This document shows positions 21,464 through 30,659 of a stretch of 64,000 bases of DNA, one piece after another. The translations under genes and the position numbers were made by a program. The notes under the pieces are model-generated. The model was not told where the DNA came from. It made no database searches and worked only from the letters and a program-made list of their open reading frames with translations. Source of the DNA: an uncultured Actinomycetes bacterium (GTDB lineage Bacteria; Actinomycetota; UBA4738; HRBIN12); assembly GCA_963835415.1 (NCBI GenBank), contig CAWIFZ010000015.1, positions 67,582 through 131,581 of the forward strand. The letters are read 5' to 3'. Each line of letters starts with the position of its first letter. The stretch's first letter is position 1.

Positions 21464-22198
21464 CCGCGGCGTCCGAGGACCCGGTCGGACCGACCCCCCG
21501 CACCGGACCGGTGCTCGGCATCTACGCGCATCCCGACGACGCCGAGATCTCGGCCGGTGGCACGATGGCGAAATGGGTCGCCGCCGGCCGTGAGGTGCAT
21601 CTGTTGGTCCTGACGAACGGCGACCGAGGCTCGAGCGACCCGTCGCAGGATCGTGCCGAGCTCGCCGCGACCCGCCTGCTCGAGACGGAGGCCGCCGCGG
21701 CGTATCTGGGTCTGGCGAGCGCGCGGAGCCTGGGCATCCACGACGGAGAGCTCGCCAACACGCACGACGTGCGTGAGGCAGTGATCCGTCGGATCCGCGA
21801 GGTGCGGGCCGAGACCGTGGTCTCGGTGGACCCGACCGCATGGTTCTTCGAGAACCGCTACTACAACCACTCGGACCACCGGACGGCCGGCGAGATCGCG
21901 CTCGACGCCGTCTTCCCCGGCGCCGGCAACCCGCACTACTTCTCCGAGCACCTGGAGGAGGGGCTGGACGTGAGCGAGGTGCACGACGTCTGGCTCGGGT
22001 GGACGAATGAGTCCAACCACATCGAGGACATCTCGGGTTACTTCGACGCGAAGATCGCCTCCCTCGCGAAGCACGAGAGTCAACTCGAACAGAGGGATCC
22101 GGTTCTTCGAGGAGTTCCTGGCGAAGGAAGCCGTCGAGCTCGGCGAGAAGATCGGCGCGAGCCACGCCGAAGACTTCCGCGTCCTCGATCTGAGCTAG
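21460..22198 (+). pseudogene. PIG-L/LmbE family deacetylase, frameshifted near the 3' end
   Basis: AHPDDAE and HSDH motifs are in the first frame. The conserved tail GIRFFEEFLAKEAVELGEKIGASHAEDFRVLDLS is in the next. Junction near 22093 (CAG-A-GGGATC). Start is TTG 21460 or GTG 21511. Confidence 0.75.
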
Positions 22199-23076
22199 CG
22201 CTCGGGGAATGGCTCCTGATCGGCGCGCACCACGGCGTCGAGCGCCGGGTACGGTGGACCCTCGCGTAGGGCGTTGAGGAGTTCTCGCGCGGCTCGTTGC
22301 CCGTTCGGGAATCGGTCGCCTGGATCCCAGCGCCACGCTGCGACCATCGCAAGAACGAGGTGCCGGCACTCGTGGAGCAGTTCTTGATCAGCGTTCGGAT
22401 AGCGATCGCTGACGTCTTGGGGCACATGGGCCAGGTCGAATTCGACCGGCCCACGACAACAGGTCTCGAGGTCGATGAACAGTGGTCCGTTCTTCGTGCG
22501 GAGCACGTTGCCCGGATGCGGCTCGCCGTGCAGCAGTTGCTCCTCAGCGCCGCGGTCGCTGCTCGCTCCTCTCAGGCTTCGCAACGTGTGGCTGAGAAGC
22601 TCCCGGTCCGCGTCGGGGAGCGCTGGAGTGAGGTCGCGGCTCGCGACGAGCTGTTGGGCCTCCGCGACTCGATCCGTGAAGTGCGGCGCCGCGATATCGA
22701 GCGTCCGCATGCCGGCATGCAGCCGCTCGAGCGCGTTGGCGTAGTCGTCTGGTGAGACCTCTCGAGGTGACAGAGGTTCGTAGTAGGTCCACAGCGTGAC
22801 CACGAAGCCGTCACGCTCGTAGACGCGCGGCTCCACTCGAGGCTCCAGAGCAGCCACAGGGCTCTCGGTTTCGCAGAGCCGTTGCGCAAGGTCGACTTCG
22901 AACTGCGCGACCTGGTGCGCGACAGGGGCGACTCGGGCAAGGACGTCACAGGGCAGCAGTCGCAGAGCGAGCTTGTTCGAGTCCTGAAGAACGATCGCGT
23001 CGTCGACCGTCAGGTCAAGCGCCGAGGCGATCGACATAGCCGCAGCTACCGCACGCGGAAACGCTGATGCCTCCAT
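22195..23076 (-). CDS. Aminoglycoside/choline-kinase-type phosphotransferase family protein
   Basis: LLHGEPHPGNVL catalytic loop and FIDLE metal-binding motif. Confidence 0.75.
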   Translation of the reverse strand: MEASAFPRAVAAAMSIASALDLTVDDAIVLQDSNKLALRLLPCDVLARVAPVAHQVAQFEVDLAQRLCETESPVAALEPRVEPRVYERDGFVVTLWTYYEPLSPREVSPDDYANALERLHAGMRTLDIAAPHFTDRVAEAQQLVASRDLTPALPDADRELLSHTLRSLRGASSDRGAEEQLLHGEPHPGNVLRTKNGPLFIDLETCCRGPVEFDLAHVPQDVSDRYPNADQELLHECRHLVLAMVAAWRWDPGDRFPNGQRAARELLNALREGPPYPALDAVVRADQEPFPER

Positions 23077-23263
23077 CTTCGCCTACCCTGATCTCGAACG
23101 CGTGCAACCTGCGCACGATACCGAGGAGCGGCAGCTCCAGGAGGTTTCCGAAGTCGTCAGCTGTCGGGCCTTGGAACTCGACGAGTCTCCCACCACCCTG
23201 TGACATGCTCGAGCAGACCCGGGCCGGTTCAAGAGCCCAACGATCCGAGGCTGGAGGCATCCG

Positions 23264-24239
23264 ATGAAGGCGATCACCCAAGAGCGCTTCGGAACGCCGG
23301 ACACGCTGCGGATCGTGGACATCGACGCGCCCGAGGTCCGGCCGGACGACGTGCTGGTCCGGATCCACGCCGCCGCTCTCAATCCCGCCGACTGGCACAT
23401 CCTCCGAGGCGATCCGTACGTCGCGCGCCTCATGGGGATCGGGCTGACCAAGCCGAAGATCCCCGTCGTCGGGAGCGATGCGGCGGGGGAGGTGGAGGCG
23501 GTCGGCGCGGACGTGCGAGGGCTGCAGCCTGGCGACGAGGTGTTCGGGTTCGTCCGCGGTGCCTTCGCGGAGTACGCGTGCGCCGCGCAGGACCAGGTGG
23601 TGCCGAAGCCGGCGAGCCTGACGTTCGAGCAGGCGGCCGCGCTCCCCATCGCGGCGACGACCGCCCTGCGCGGGATCCGCGACGTTGGCGCGGTGAAGTC
23701 GGGACAGCGGGTGCTCGTCAACGGAGCGAGCGGCGGGGTGGGTTCGTTCGCGGTGCAGGTCGCGGTGTCGATCGGCGCGGAGGTCACGGGCGTCTGCAGC
23801 ACGGGCAACGTCGAGCTGGTGCGCTCGCTCGGCGCCGGGCACGTCATCGACTACACCAACGAAGACTTCACGGACGGGGACATCAGGTACGACGTGATCC
23901 TCGACAACGTGAGCAGCCTCCCGCTCACGCGGTTGCGAGGGGTGCTCACCAAGGAAGGGCACGCTCGTGCTCAACGGCGGCGGCACGCCGGGCCACGTCT
24001 TCGGGCCGATCGGCACCCTCCTGAAGGCGGTCGTGGTCAACCTGTTCGTCTCGCAACGCCTGCGCCCGCTCCCGTCGAAGACGGATCGGCAGGAGTTGCT
24101 CGACGTGACCGCGCTCGTCGAGGATGGGAAGCTCACGCCTGTCGTCGACCGGACCTATCCGCTCGCCGACACCGCCGAGGGCCTGCGGTACGTGGAGCAG
24201 GGGCACGTGCGCGGCAAGGCCATCGTCACGCTCGCGTGA
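23264..24239 (+). pseudogene. NADPH:quinone oxidoreductase (MDR superfamily), frameshifted
   Basis: GASGGVGSFAVQ cofactor motif is in the first frame. TLVLNGGG...GKLTPVVDRTYPL...GHVRGKAIVTL is in the next. Junction near 23960 (GAAGGG-C-ACGCTC). Confidence 0.85.
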
Positions 24240-24265
24240 GGACACGAGGAAAGGGTGGTGTGGAG

Positions 24266-24604
24266 ATGGGAGTCATGAGCAGGGACATGGGGAGTCCGGA
24301 CGAGACCACGAGGTTCGACAACGGACAGGTCGAGGTCGTGAAGATCAGCGGGTCGACGATCCGGCGCAACACGTTCGAACCGGGATGGCGCTGGTCCGAG
24401 AACGTGGGGCCGATGGCGGGAACGGACTCGTGCCAGGTGCACCACGTGGGCTACCTCCTGTCGGGCAGGCTCCACGTGAAGGCCGAAGACGGCGGCGAGG
24501 CGGAGATCGGTCCCGGCGAGGCCTACGACATCCAGCCCGGTCACGATGGGTGGGTCGTCGGCGATGAGGCCGTGGTCGCGGTCGAATTCTCGCCGGCCGA
24601 GTAG
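24266..24604 (+). CDS. Cupin domain protein
   Basis: ATG 24266 with AGGAAAGGG upstream. VHHVGYLLSGRLHVKAEDGGEAEIGPGEAY cupin core. Shares a frame with the read-through of the upstream pseudogene but is a separate gene. Confidence 0.7.
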   Translation: MGVMSRDMGSPDETTRFDNGQVEVVKISGSTIRRNTFEPGWRWSENVGPMAGTDSCQVHHVGYLLSGRLHVKAEDGGEAEIGPGEAYDIQPGHDGWVVGDEAVVAVEFSPAE

Positions 24605-24622
24605 CGGCCCGACGAGGCGGCG

Positions 24623-25199
24623 CTAGACCGTCGCCGTTCCCTCGACCCCGAGGACGCCCTTCAACGCTTCGATCATCCCCAGGTGCCGGGATGCGTGCGT
24701 GAGGTGCCAGCCGAAGTGGTCGATCACGACCCAGCCGCCCTCGTCGTAGAAGTCCGCGGTCGGCAAGCGGAACTCGTCCTCGTCGAGAGCGGCGAAGACC
24801 TCCTCGGCGAGCGGCGAACGCCGCTCGCGCGTAGGACACCACCGCATCCTTCGCGGGGAGCGGGATCGCGGCGGAGGCGTCGTCGTCGAGCCCCATCCCC
24901 GTCGCTTCCTTGCCGAGCGTGGCGCCGAGATGCCAGGCGTTCGCCAGATCCTGCACGTCCCACAGCTGCTCCCGGCCGGCGAACCGCGCCAGGTCCGGCG
25001 CGAACGTGCCGAACCGCGCCTGGAACGCGTCCGCCCACCGCGCCGTGTGCCACAGGTGGAACGCGATCGAGGGCGCCTTCGCGCCGGGTCGTGCACGGAA
25101 CGATCCCTCGTCGAGATCGCCGACCGCGTCGAGGAACGCCGTGTGGATGAACGACACCCGCCCGGCAAGGCGCTCGACGACCAGATGGTCGGAGCTCAT
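24623..25199 (-). pseudogene. DinB family protein, frameshifted
   Basis: HLWHTARWAD is in the first frame and HLTHASRHLGMIEAL in the next. Junction near 24809. Confidence 0.75.
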
Positions 25200-25218
25200 C
25201 GCGACACGATAGCGATGC

Positions 25219-26010
25219 CTAGGACTTGGTGCCGATCGCGAGGATCACGTCGCGGAAGTCGTTCAACGGATCGGCGAACCGCTCGGCGAACGTCGCGCGC
25301 ACCCGCTCTTGGAACGCCGGCCAGCCCGCGTCCCCGAGCATCTCCTTGACGAAGCGTCCGGTCGCCCAGATCTCCTGACCCGCGAGGTAGTCCGCCTGCG
25401 TGTACTGGAACTGGAACCGCCGCTTCTCGGTGCGGACGTGGCGGAGCTTCGCGTCGATCAGGGCCTGCTCGACCGACTGGCGATCAGTGAACTTCGCGTG
25501 CCACGGCGCGGCGGCGGCCCACACCGGCTCGAGCATCTCGCGGGGGACCACCGACTCGAGCATCTCGCTCCACGTCGCCTGGAGATCGTCCTTCACGTCG
25601 GACCACGAGGTCAGCGCCACCCGGCCGCCGGGCTTCAGGACGCGCATCATGTCGAACAGCGCGGTCTCGTAGCGGCGGAAGTGCGACAACACGAAGTTGC
25701 CGGTCACCGCGTCGAACGCGCCGTCGCGGAACGGGAGGTCGATCGTGTCGGCCGCCACGAACGGGATCGACGGGCGTTCGCGCCGGCCGACCTCCAGCAT
25801 CCCGATCGACGGGTCGATGCCCACCGCGCGAGCGCCGGCGTCGGCCGCGGCCTTCGCTGCGACGCCGGTCCCCGTCCCGATGTCCAACACCTTCGCGCCC
25901 GCGCCGATCTCGGCGAACGCGACCAGGTCGCGCGCCACCTCGGCGAGCCTGGGCGCATGGACGCGTTCGTACGCTTCGGCCACCTCGTCGTAGGAACGCC
26001 AGTCGTTCAT
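25219..26010 (-). CDS. Class I SAM-dependent methyltransferase
   Basis: Motif I VLDIGTGTGVAA and post-I GIDPS; LKPGGRVAL. Confidence 0.85.
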   Translation of the reverse strand: MNDWRSYDEVAEAYERVHAPRLAEVARDLVAFAEIGAGAKVLDIGTGTGVAAKAAADAGARAVGIDPSIGMLEVGRRERPSIPFVAADTIDLPFRDGAFDAVTGNFVLSHFRRYETALFDMMRVLKPGGRVALTSWSDVKDDLQATWSEMLESVVPREMLEPVWAAAAPWHAKFTDRQSVEQALIDAKLRHVRTEKRRFQFQYTQADYLAGQEIWATGRFVKEMLGDAGWPAFQERVRATFAERFADPLNDFRDVILAIGTKS

Positions 26011-26106
26011 GGAGCATCAGGCTACCCGGCCGCGTGGCGAAAGACGGACGGACGCGGCGGGGCAGGCGACCGGTACCCTGTACGACCGTATGCCTCAGGG
26101 GGGTCC

Positions 26107-26886
26107 GTGACCGGTTCGGCAGGCGTGATGGCGCTCGTGCTGGCCGAAACCGTGGCCGGGACGGCGGCGCTCCTGTGGTTCACCCCGTTGTGGCGCGAGG
26201 TCAAGCGCGGGTACTTCACGCTCAACGGCGTGGTCCTCACGATCCTCGCGTTCGCAGCGTGGCGCGCGGCCGACGCCGGAGCGATCGTCGGGGACGACGC
26301 CGGTATGTGGAGCGTCCGGCTGACGCTCGCGAGCTTCATCGTGACGGCGGTGTGGACCGGGTTGCAGCTCCTCAAGCAGAACGCGGTCGCTCGTGGCGTG
26401 GGCTTCCTCTCCGTCCCGGTCGCGATCGCGGTGCTGGTCGCGATGTCGGCGACCGGGCGCCAGCATCAGGCGCTGGCGCTGTTCGAGCTGCTGGCCGGCG
26501 CCGCGTTCCTGGGCTCGGTGCTGGGCGGGCTGCTCCTCGGCCATTGGTACCTGACGGATCGCGGGCTCAGCAGGACGCCGATCGAGCGCGCGACGCACAT
26601 CATGCTCGTGGCGGTCGTGATCGAGGCGATCGCGGTGATCTCGGGAGGGTTCGGTGGCGTGGGGTCCTCGGACGCGTTCAACCCGCTCCTCACCGCCGGC
26701 GCGCTCGCCCCGTGGATCGCGCTCGGGATGGTGGGCACCACCGGGCTCATCGCCGTGATGGTGAAGGCCACGCTGCGCGGCGCGCGCGCGTCCGCGGTGC
26801 AGTCGGCGACGGGCTTCTTCTACCTCGCGGTCGTCACGGCCTTCACGGCGGAGGTCGCCGTGAAGACCCGATTCCTGCCGGTGTAG
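26107..26886 (+). CDS. Integral membrane protein, about 8 TM helices, function unknown
   Basis: Eight hydrophobic segments. Conserved-looking LLGHWYLTDRGLSRTPIERATH loop. Start is GTG 26107 or ATG 26128. Confidence 0.6.
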   Translation: MTGSAGVMALVLAETVAGTAALLWFTPLWREVKRGYFTLNGVVLTILAFAAWRAADAGAIVGDDAGMWSVRLTLASFIVTAVWTGLQLLKQNAVARGVGFLSVPVAIAVLVAMSATGRQHQALALFELLAGAAFLGSVLGGLLLGHWYLTDRGLSRTPIERATHIMLVAVVIEAIAVISGGFGGVGSSDAFNPLLTAGALAPWIALGMVGTTGLIAVMVKATLRGARASAVQSATGFFYLAVVTAFTAEVAVKTRFLPV

Positions 26887-26888
26887 GC

Positions 26889-27515
26889 ATGCAGGCGGCG
26901 ATCATGGCTCTGGGCGCGCTCGCCGAGGCGATCGGCTGGCGCCTGGTGGCGACCGGCCGCGCGATGGTCTGGCGGCTCATGCCGACGATCTTCCTGATCA
27001 TGGGCCTGTTCGCGATCGGCGTCCGTCGTCCGGTCGCGGCCACCAAGGTCGGGAACGGGACGGCGCTCGTGGCCGGCGTCGCGAGCGGGCTGGTCCTGTA
27101 CGCGGGAACCAGGGTCTTCGTGGCCGTCGCCGGCCGGTGGGAGCCGTTCCGTCGGCACGTCGTCGAGAAGTACCAGGAGGCCGCCGAGGTCTCGTTGGGG
27201 GAGGCGCTCGCCCTCTCGCTGCTGATCATGGTCCCGGCCGAGGAGGTGTTCTGGCGAGGGCTGTTCCAGGCCCGGCTCGACCAGTCGATCCCTGCGCTCG
27301 CGGCCGGCGTGTGGACGTGGCTCGCGTACGTGGGGGTGAACCTCGCGAGCTGGAGCCTCCCGATCATCGCGGCCGCGGTGGTCGGTGGAGCGCTCTGGGC
27401 GGGCCTCGCCGTGTGGTCCGGCGGGATGCTTGCGAGCATCAGCAGCCATATGCTCTGGACGGGCCTGATGCTGGCGTTCCCGCCGGGAGCAGGGCGAGGA
27501 GGGCGCGCGGAGTGA
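26889..27515 (+). CDS. CPBP family intramembrane glutamic endopeptidase (CAAX protease/Abi-like)
   Basis: EEVFWRG motif 1 and a C-terminal SSHMLWTG His motif. Multiple TM helices. Starts 2 nt after the upstream stop. Confidence 0.75.
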   Translation: MQAAIMALGALAEAIGWRLVATGRAMVWRLMPTIFLIMGLFAIGVRRPVAATKVGNGTALVAGVASGLVLYAGTRVFVAVAGRWEPFRRHVVEKYQEAAEVSLGEALALSLLIMVPAEEVFWRGLFQARLDQSIPALAAGVWTWLAYVGVNLASWSLPIIAAAVVGGALWAGLAVWSGGMLASISSHMLWTGLMLAFPPGAGRGGRAE

Positions 27516-28460
27516 GCTTCCTGTCGACAGCGGTGCAGCAGGTCCTGGAACAGGGCCCGTTCTGCGCGGTCGCGTCGTCCACGCCGCGCGGCCCGCATTG
27601 CACGCCCCTCGTGTTCGCGTACTCCGGCGGCCGCATCTGGCTGACCACGTCTCGCGGCTCCGTCAAGGCGCGCTCCTGGAAGATCGATCCGGGCGTGGCG
27701 GGGCTGGTTCGCTTCGGCGAGCTGTCGGTCGCGTTCACCGGCACCGTCCACGCGTACGACGCGCTCGACCGGAGCACGTGGGGGTCCGCCGTGGCGAGCG
27801 CCACATCGATCGCCCGCGCCGGCGCGGGCTTCAGCAAGAAGAACGCGAAGTTCTTCGCCGGGTATGCGTTCGACGCGCACCAGGTGCCGTTCGCGTGGAC
27901 GCCGCCGGGGCGGGTCTTCGTGGGCATCGATCTGGAACGGACGGCGTTGCTCGGCGAGGACGGTGTGCAGGAGGGACGGGGCCGGTGGGGCGGCGAGGCG
28001 CTCTCGCACGCGACGTTCCGCTCGACGAAGGGCACGGACGACCCGATGGCGCCGCTGCCCATCGGATGTGCGCAGCGAACTGGGGACACGCGGCGGTGCG
28101 TCGCTCACGCTCGCCGGTGACCGCGGACCCGTCGTGGTCCCGGCGCGATGGGGCGTGGACGGCGGTTCGCTCTACGCGGCGTTGCCGGCGGGGACGCTCG
28201 CCCTGGCGGGTGTGGGGCCGGACGCCCCGGTCGCGCTCACGGTGGACCACGCCTCCGCATGGCGCGCGCGCGACATGGTGGGTGCCATGGTTCAGGGCAC
28301 GGGCGCGATCCACGTGTTGGACGATCTGGGCTCGGGCGCGAAGACCGCCCGCGCGCTGGCGACCTCGATCGACCCGGAGGCCGGGGCACTCGTGCGCATC
28401 ACGCCCGTGCGACTGGTCTGGTGGAAGGGCTGGTCCAGCGGGAGCCTTGCGGTCGCGTGA
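27512..28460 (+). pseudogene. Tandem pyridoxamine 5'-phosphate oxidase-like (FMN/F420-binding split-barrel) protein, frameshifted
   Basis: GTGA overlap with the CPBP stop. Domain 1 GPFCAVASSTPRGPHCTPLVFAYSGGRIWLTTSRGSVKA is in the first frame. Domain 2 ASLTLAGDRGPVVVPARWGVDGGSLY...VRITPVRLVWWKG is in the next. Junction near 28061. Confidence 0.7.
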
Positions 28461-28897
28461 CGACCGTCGAGTTCTCCGTCGAGGTCGACGCGCCGCCCGA
28501 GCGCGTCTGGAAGGTGACGAGCAACCCCCGGAACCTCCCGCACTGGGACAAGCACATCGAGTCGGTGGAGGTTCCCGACGGAGGGCTTGCGCTCGGCGTC
28601 CGCTACCGGGTGACGATGCGCTTCATGGCGCTGCGGACGATCGTCGACGCCGAGGTGCTGGAGTGGGAGCCGCCGTGGCGCGCCTCGATCCGTCTGTCCG
28701 GGCTGCTCGAGGCGACCGTCACGACCACGGTCGCGTCGCTCCCGTTCGATCGGAGCGTGCTCCGGCATGAGATCACGTACCGGTTCCGGGGTCCGCTCGG
28801 AGGGCTCGGCGCCCAGGGCATCCAGGCGCTGGGCGGTTCGCAGATGGCGCTGAAGCGCGGCGTGCTGGCGCAGAAGCGCGAGATCGAAGACGACTAG
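28457..28897 (+). CDS. SRPBCC family protein
   Basis: GTGA overlap with the upstream stop. VEFSVEVDAPPERVWKVTSNPRNLPHWDKHIESVE. Confidence 0.7.
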   Translation: MTTVEFSVEVDAPPERVWKVTSNPRNLPHWDKHIESVEVPDGGLALGVRYRVTMRFMALRTIVDAEVLEWEPPWRASIRLSGLLEATVTTTVASLPFDRSVLRHEITYRFRGPLGGLGAQGIQALGGSQMALKRGVLAQKREIEDD

Positions 28898-28925
28898 GAC
28901 CGCCGCTCGCATATCATCGGCGGCC

Positions 28926-29514
28926 ATGAAGCTGCGGAACGTCATCGTCGGAACGGCTCTGGTCGGCGCCGCGCTTGAAGGTCGGCCGGTGGTCCTCGAC
29001 GGACGAAGGACGCGGGGTCGATGCGGAGCTGTTCGGTGAGCTGAACCGTGGGCACGGACCCGAGGCCGACCGGTTCTTCACCGGCGTCACCGAGCTCGGC
29101 TCGATCTGGGCGGCGGGCGCCGCCGCCGGGATCCTGGCCCTCACGGGCAGGCGTCGAGCGGCGGCGAACGCGTTCGCCGCCGCGGGGGTGGCGTGGCTCG
29201 CGGGACAGGGTCTCAAGAAGGTGGCGCACCGTCCCCGCCCGTACGATGCCGACCCCGACGGCACCCGCTTGCTCGTCGGCCGGCCGAACGCCACGTCGTG
29301 GCCGAGCAGCCACCCCGCCGTCCTCACGGCGTTCACGCGCGTGGCGGCGCGCGACCTGGCGCTCGGCCCCATCTCCCGGATGGGACTCACCGGGTTGGAC
29401 CTCTCCGTCGCCGCGTCGCGTGTCTACGTGGGCGTGCACTACCCGTCCGACGTGGTCAGCGGGCTCCTGATCGGACGCACCATCGGACGGCTCTGGCCGG
29501 CGCGCCGTTCGTGA
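28926..29514 (+). CDS. PAP2 family phosphatase (possible N-terminal frameshift near 28974; otherwise TTG start at 28975)
   Basis: KKVAHRPRP, PSSH and SRVYVGVHYPSD acid-phosphatase motifs. An ATG at 28926 opens a G/C3-rich hydrophobic leader, MKLRNVIVGTALVGAA, in the -1 frame relative to the main ORF. Confidence 0.7.
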
Positions 29515-29518
29515 GGCC

Positions 29519-29559
29519 GCACCGCCGAAGCACCGCCGAAGCACCGTCGAAAGCACCGG
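29519..29559. repeat. Tandem repeat, 11-nt unit GCACCGCCGAA, ~3.6 copies
   Basis: GCACCGCCGAA GCACCGCCGAA GCACCGTCGAAA GCACCGG, read directly from the sequence between the PAP2 stop and the lgt start. Confidence 0.8.
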
Positions 29560-29573
29560 TAGACTCGCTCCCG

Positions 29574-30599
29574 GTGTTGTCTTCCTTCTCCTCGCTCGCG
29601 TCCGTCGGCTGGCCCGTCCTGGACCGGTTCCGGTTCGGCGACGCGTTCGCCATCTCGCCGCACGGCCTGGGGATCGCGATCGGGTTCATGATCGGCGGCT
29701 GGCTCTTGGGGCGGATCGGGGTGCGGCGCGGCGTCACGCCCGAGCACATCAGCACGATGCTGTTCTGGGCGCTGATCGGCGCGATCCTCGGCTCGCGCAT
29801 CGCCTACGTGATCGCGCACCTCTCGGAGTTCAACAGCCCGCTCGAGTGGCTCTACGTGTGGAAGGGCGGTATCTCGCTGCTGGGAGGCATCACCGGCGCG
29901 ATCGTCATCAACATCCCGCGGATGCGGAAGTACGGGTACCGGTTCTTCCAGGTGATGGACCCGGCGGCGGTCGCGCTGGCGCTCGGCATCGGGATCGGGC
30001 GGATCGGCGACCTGATCATCGGCGATCACCTGGGCAAGCCCACGAGCTGGTGGCTCGCGTGGACGTACCACGGTGGCAACCTCGCCCCGCCGTTCAACTG
30101 CGTGAACGACGTGTGCCAGGCGCAACTGCAGGGCGGGACATCTCGAGGAGATCCGACGCGGACCGGCGCCACGCTCCTCGACGTCAAGGGACACATCCTC
30201 GCGACGGGCGTCGGCGTCCACCAGACGGCGCTCTACGACATGATCCTCGCGTGGATCCTGTTCGCGATCCTGTGGAACCTCTACAAGAAGCCGCGCCGCG
30301 AGGGCGTGATCACGCTGACGTTCGGGCTCTTCTATGGATGCGCCCGGCTGCTGGAGGACTCGCTGCGCATCGACAAGCGCTTCGGACCGTTCACGGGAAG
30401 CCAGTGGACGGCGCTCACGGTGGCGACGATCTCGGCGGCCATGCTGATCTGGTGGGCGATCGAGGCGCATCGTTCGCCGCCCCCGGATCACGACGAGGGC
30501 GCGGCCGCGACGCGAACGACATCGGCCCGGATGGCGAACCAGAAGAAGCGATCGGGGCCACCTAGTCGCGTGGACCCGGACGAGGTCGTGACACGATGA
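29574..30599 (+). CDS. lgt: Prolipoprotein diacylglyceryl transferase
   Basis: Family pattern (HGLGIAIGF, WKGGISLLGG, GRIGDLIIGDHLG, multiple TM helices) with an actinobacterial-style C-terminal extension. Start GTG 29574 is uncertain. Confidence 0.85.
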   Translation: MLSSFSSLASVGWPVLDRFRFGDAFAISPHGLGIAIGFMIGGWLLGRIGVRRGVTPEHISTMLFWALIGAILGSRIAYVIAHLSEFNSPLEWLYVWKGGISLLGGITGAIVINIPRMRKYGYRFFQVMDPAAVALALGIGIGRIGDLIIGDHLGKPTSWWLAWTYHGGNLAPPFNCVNDVCQAQLQGGTSRGDPTRTGATLLDVKGHILATGVGVHQTALYDMILAWILFAILWNLYKKPRREGVITLTFGLFYGCARLLEDSLRIDKRFGPFTGSQWTALTVATISAAMLIWWAIEAHRSPPPDHDEGAAATRTTSARMANQKKRSGPPSRVDPDEVVTR

Positions 30600-30659
30600 G
30601 CTCCCGACCTCCGAGGTGATCGCATCGGTCTGGCTCTGACCTCGCTGGAAGCGGCCAGG

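Noticed and set aside
19271-22369. 1032-aa minus-strand ORF, the longest in the track.
   Set aside because: It is antisense to pepA and the PIG-L deacetylase, has low-complexity Arg/Pro/Ala composition and no recognisable motifs. High-GC artefact.
22195-23263. The phosphotransferase gene and adjacent spacer as a horizontally acquired islet.
   Set aside because: The region looks slightly less GC-rich by eye, but I cannot compute this. There are no flanking repeats, tRNA, integrase or transposase.
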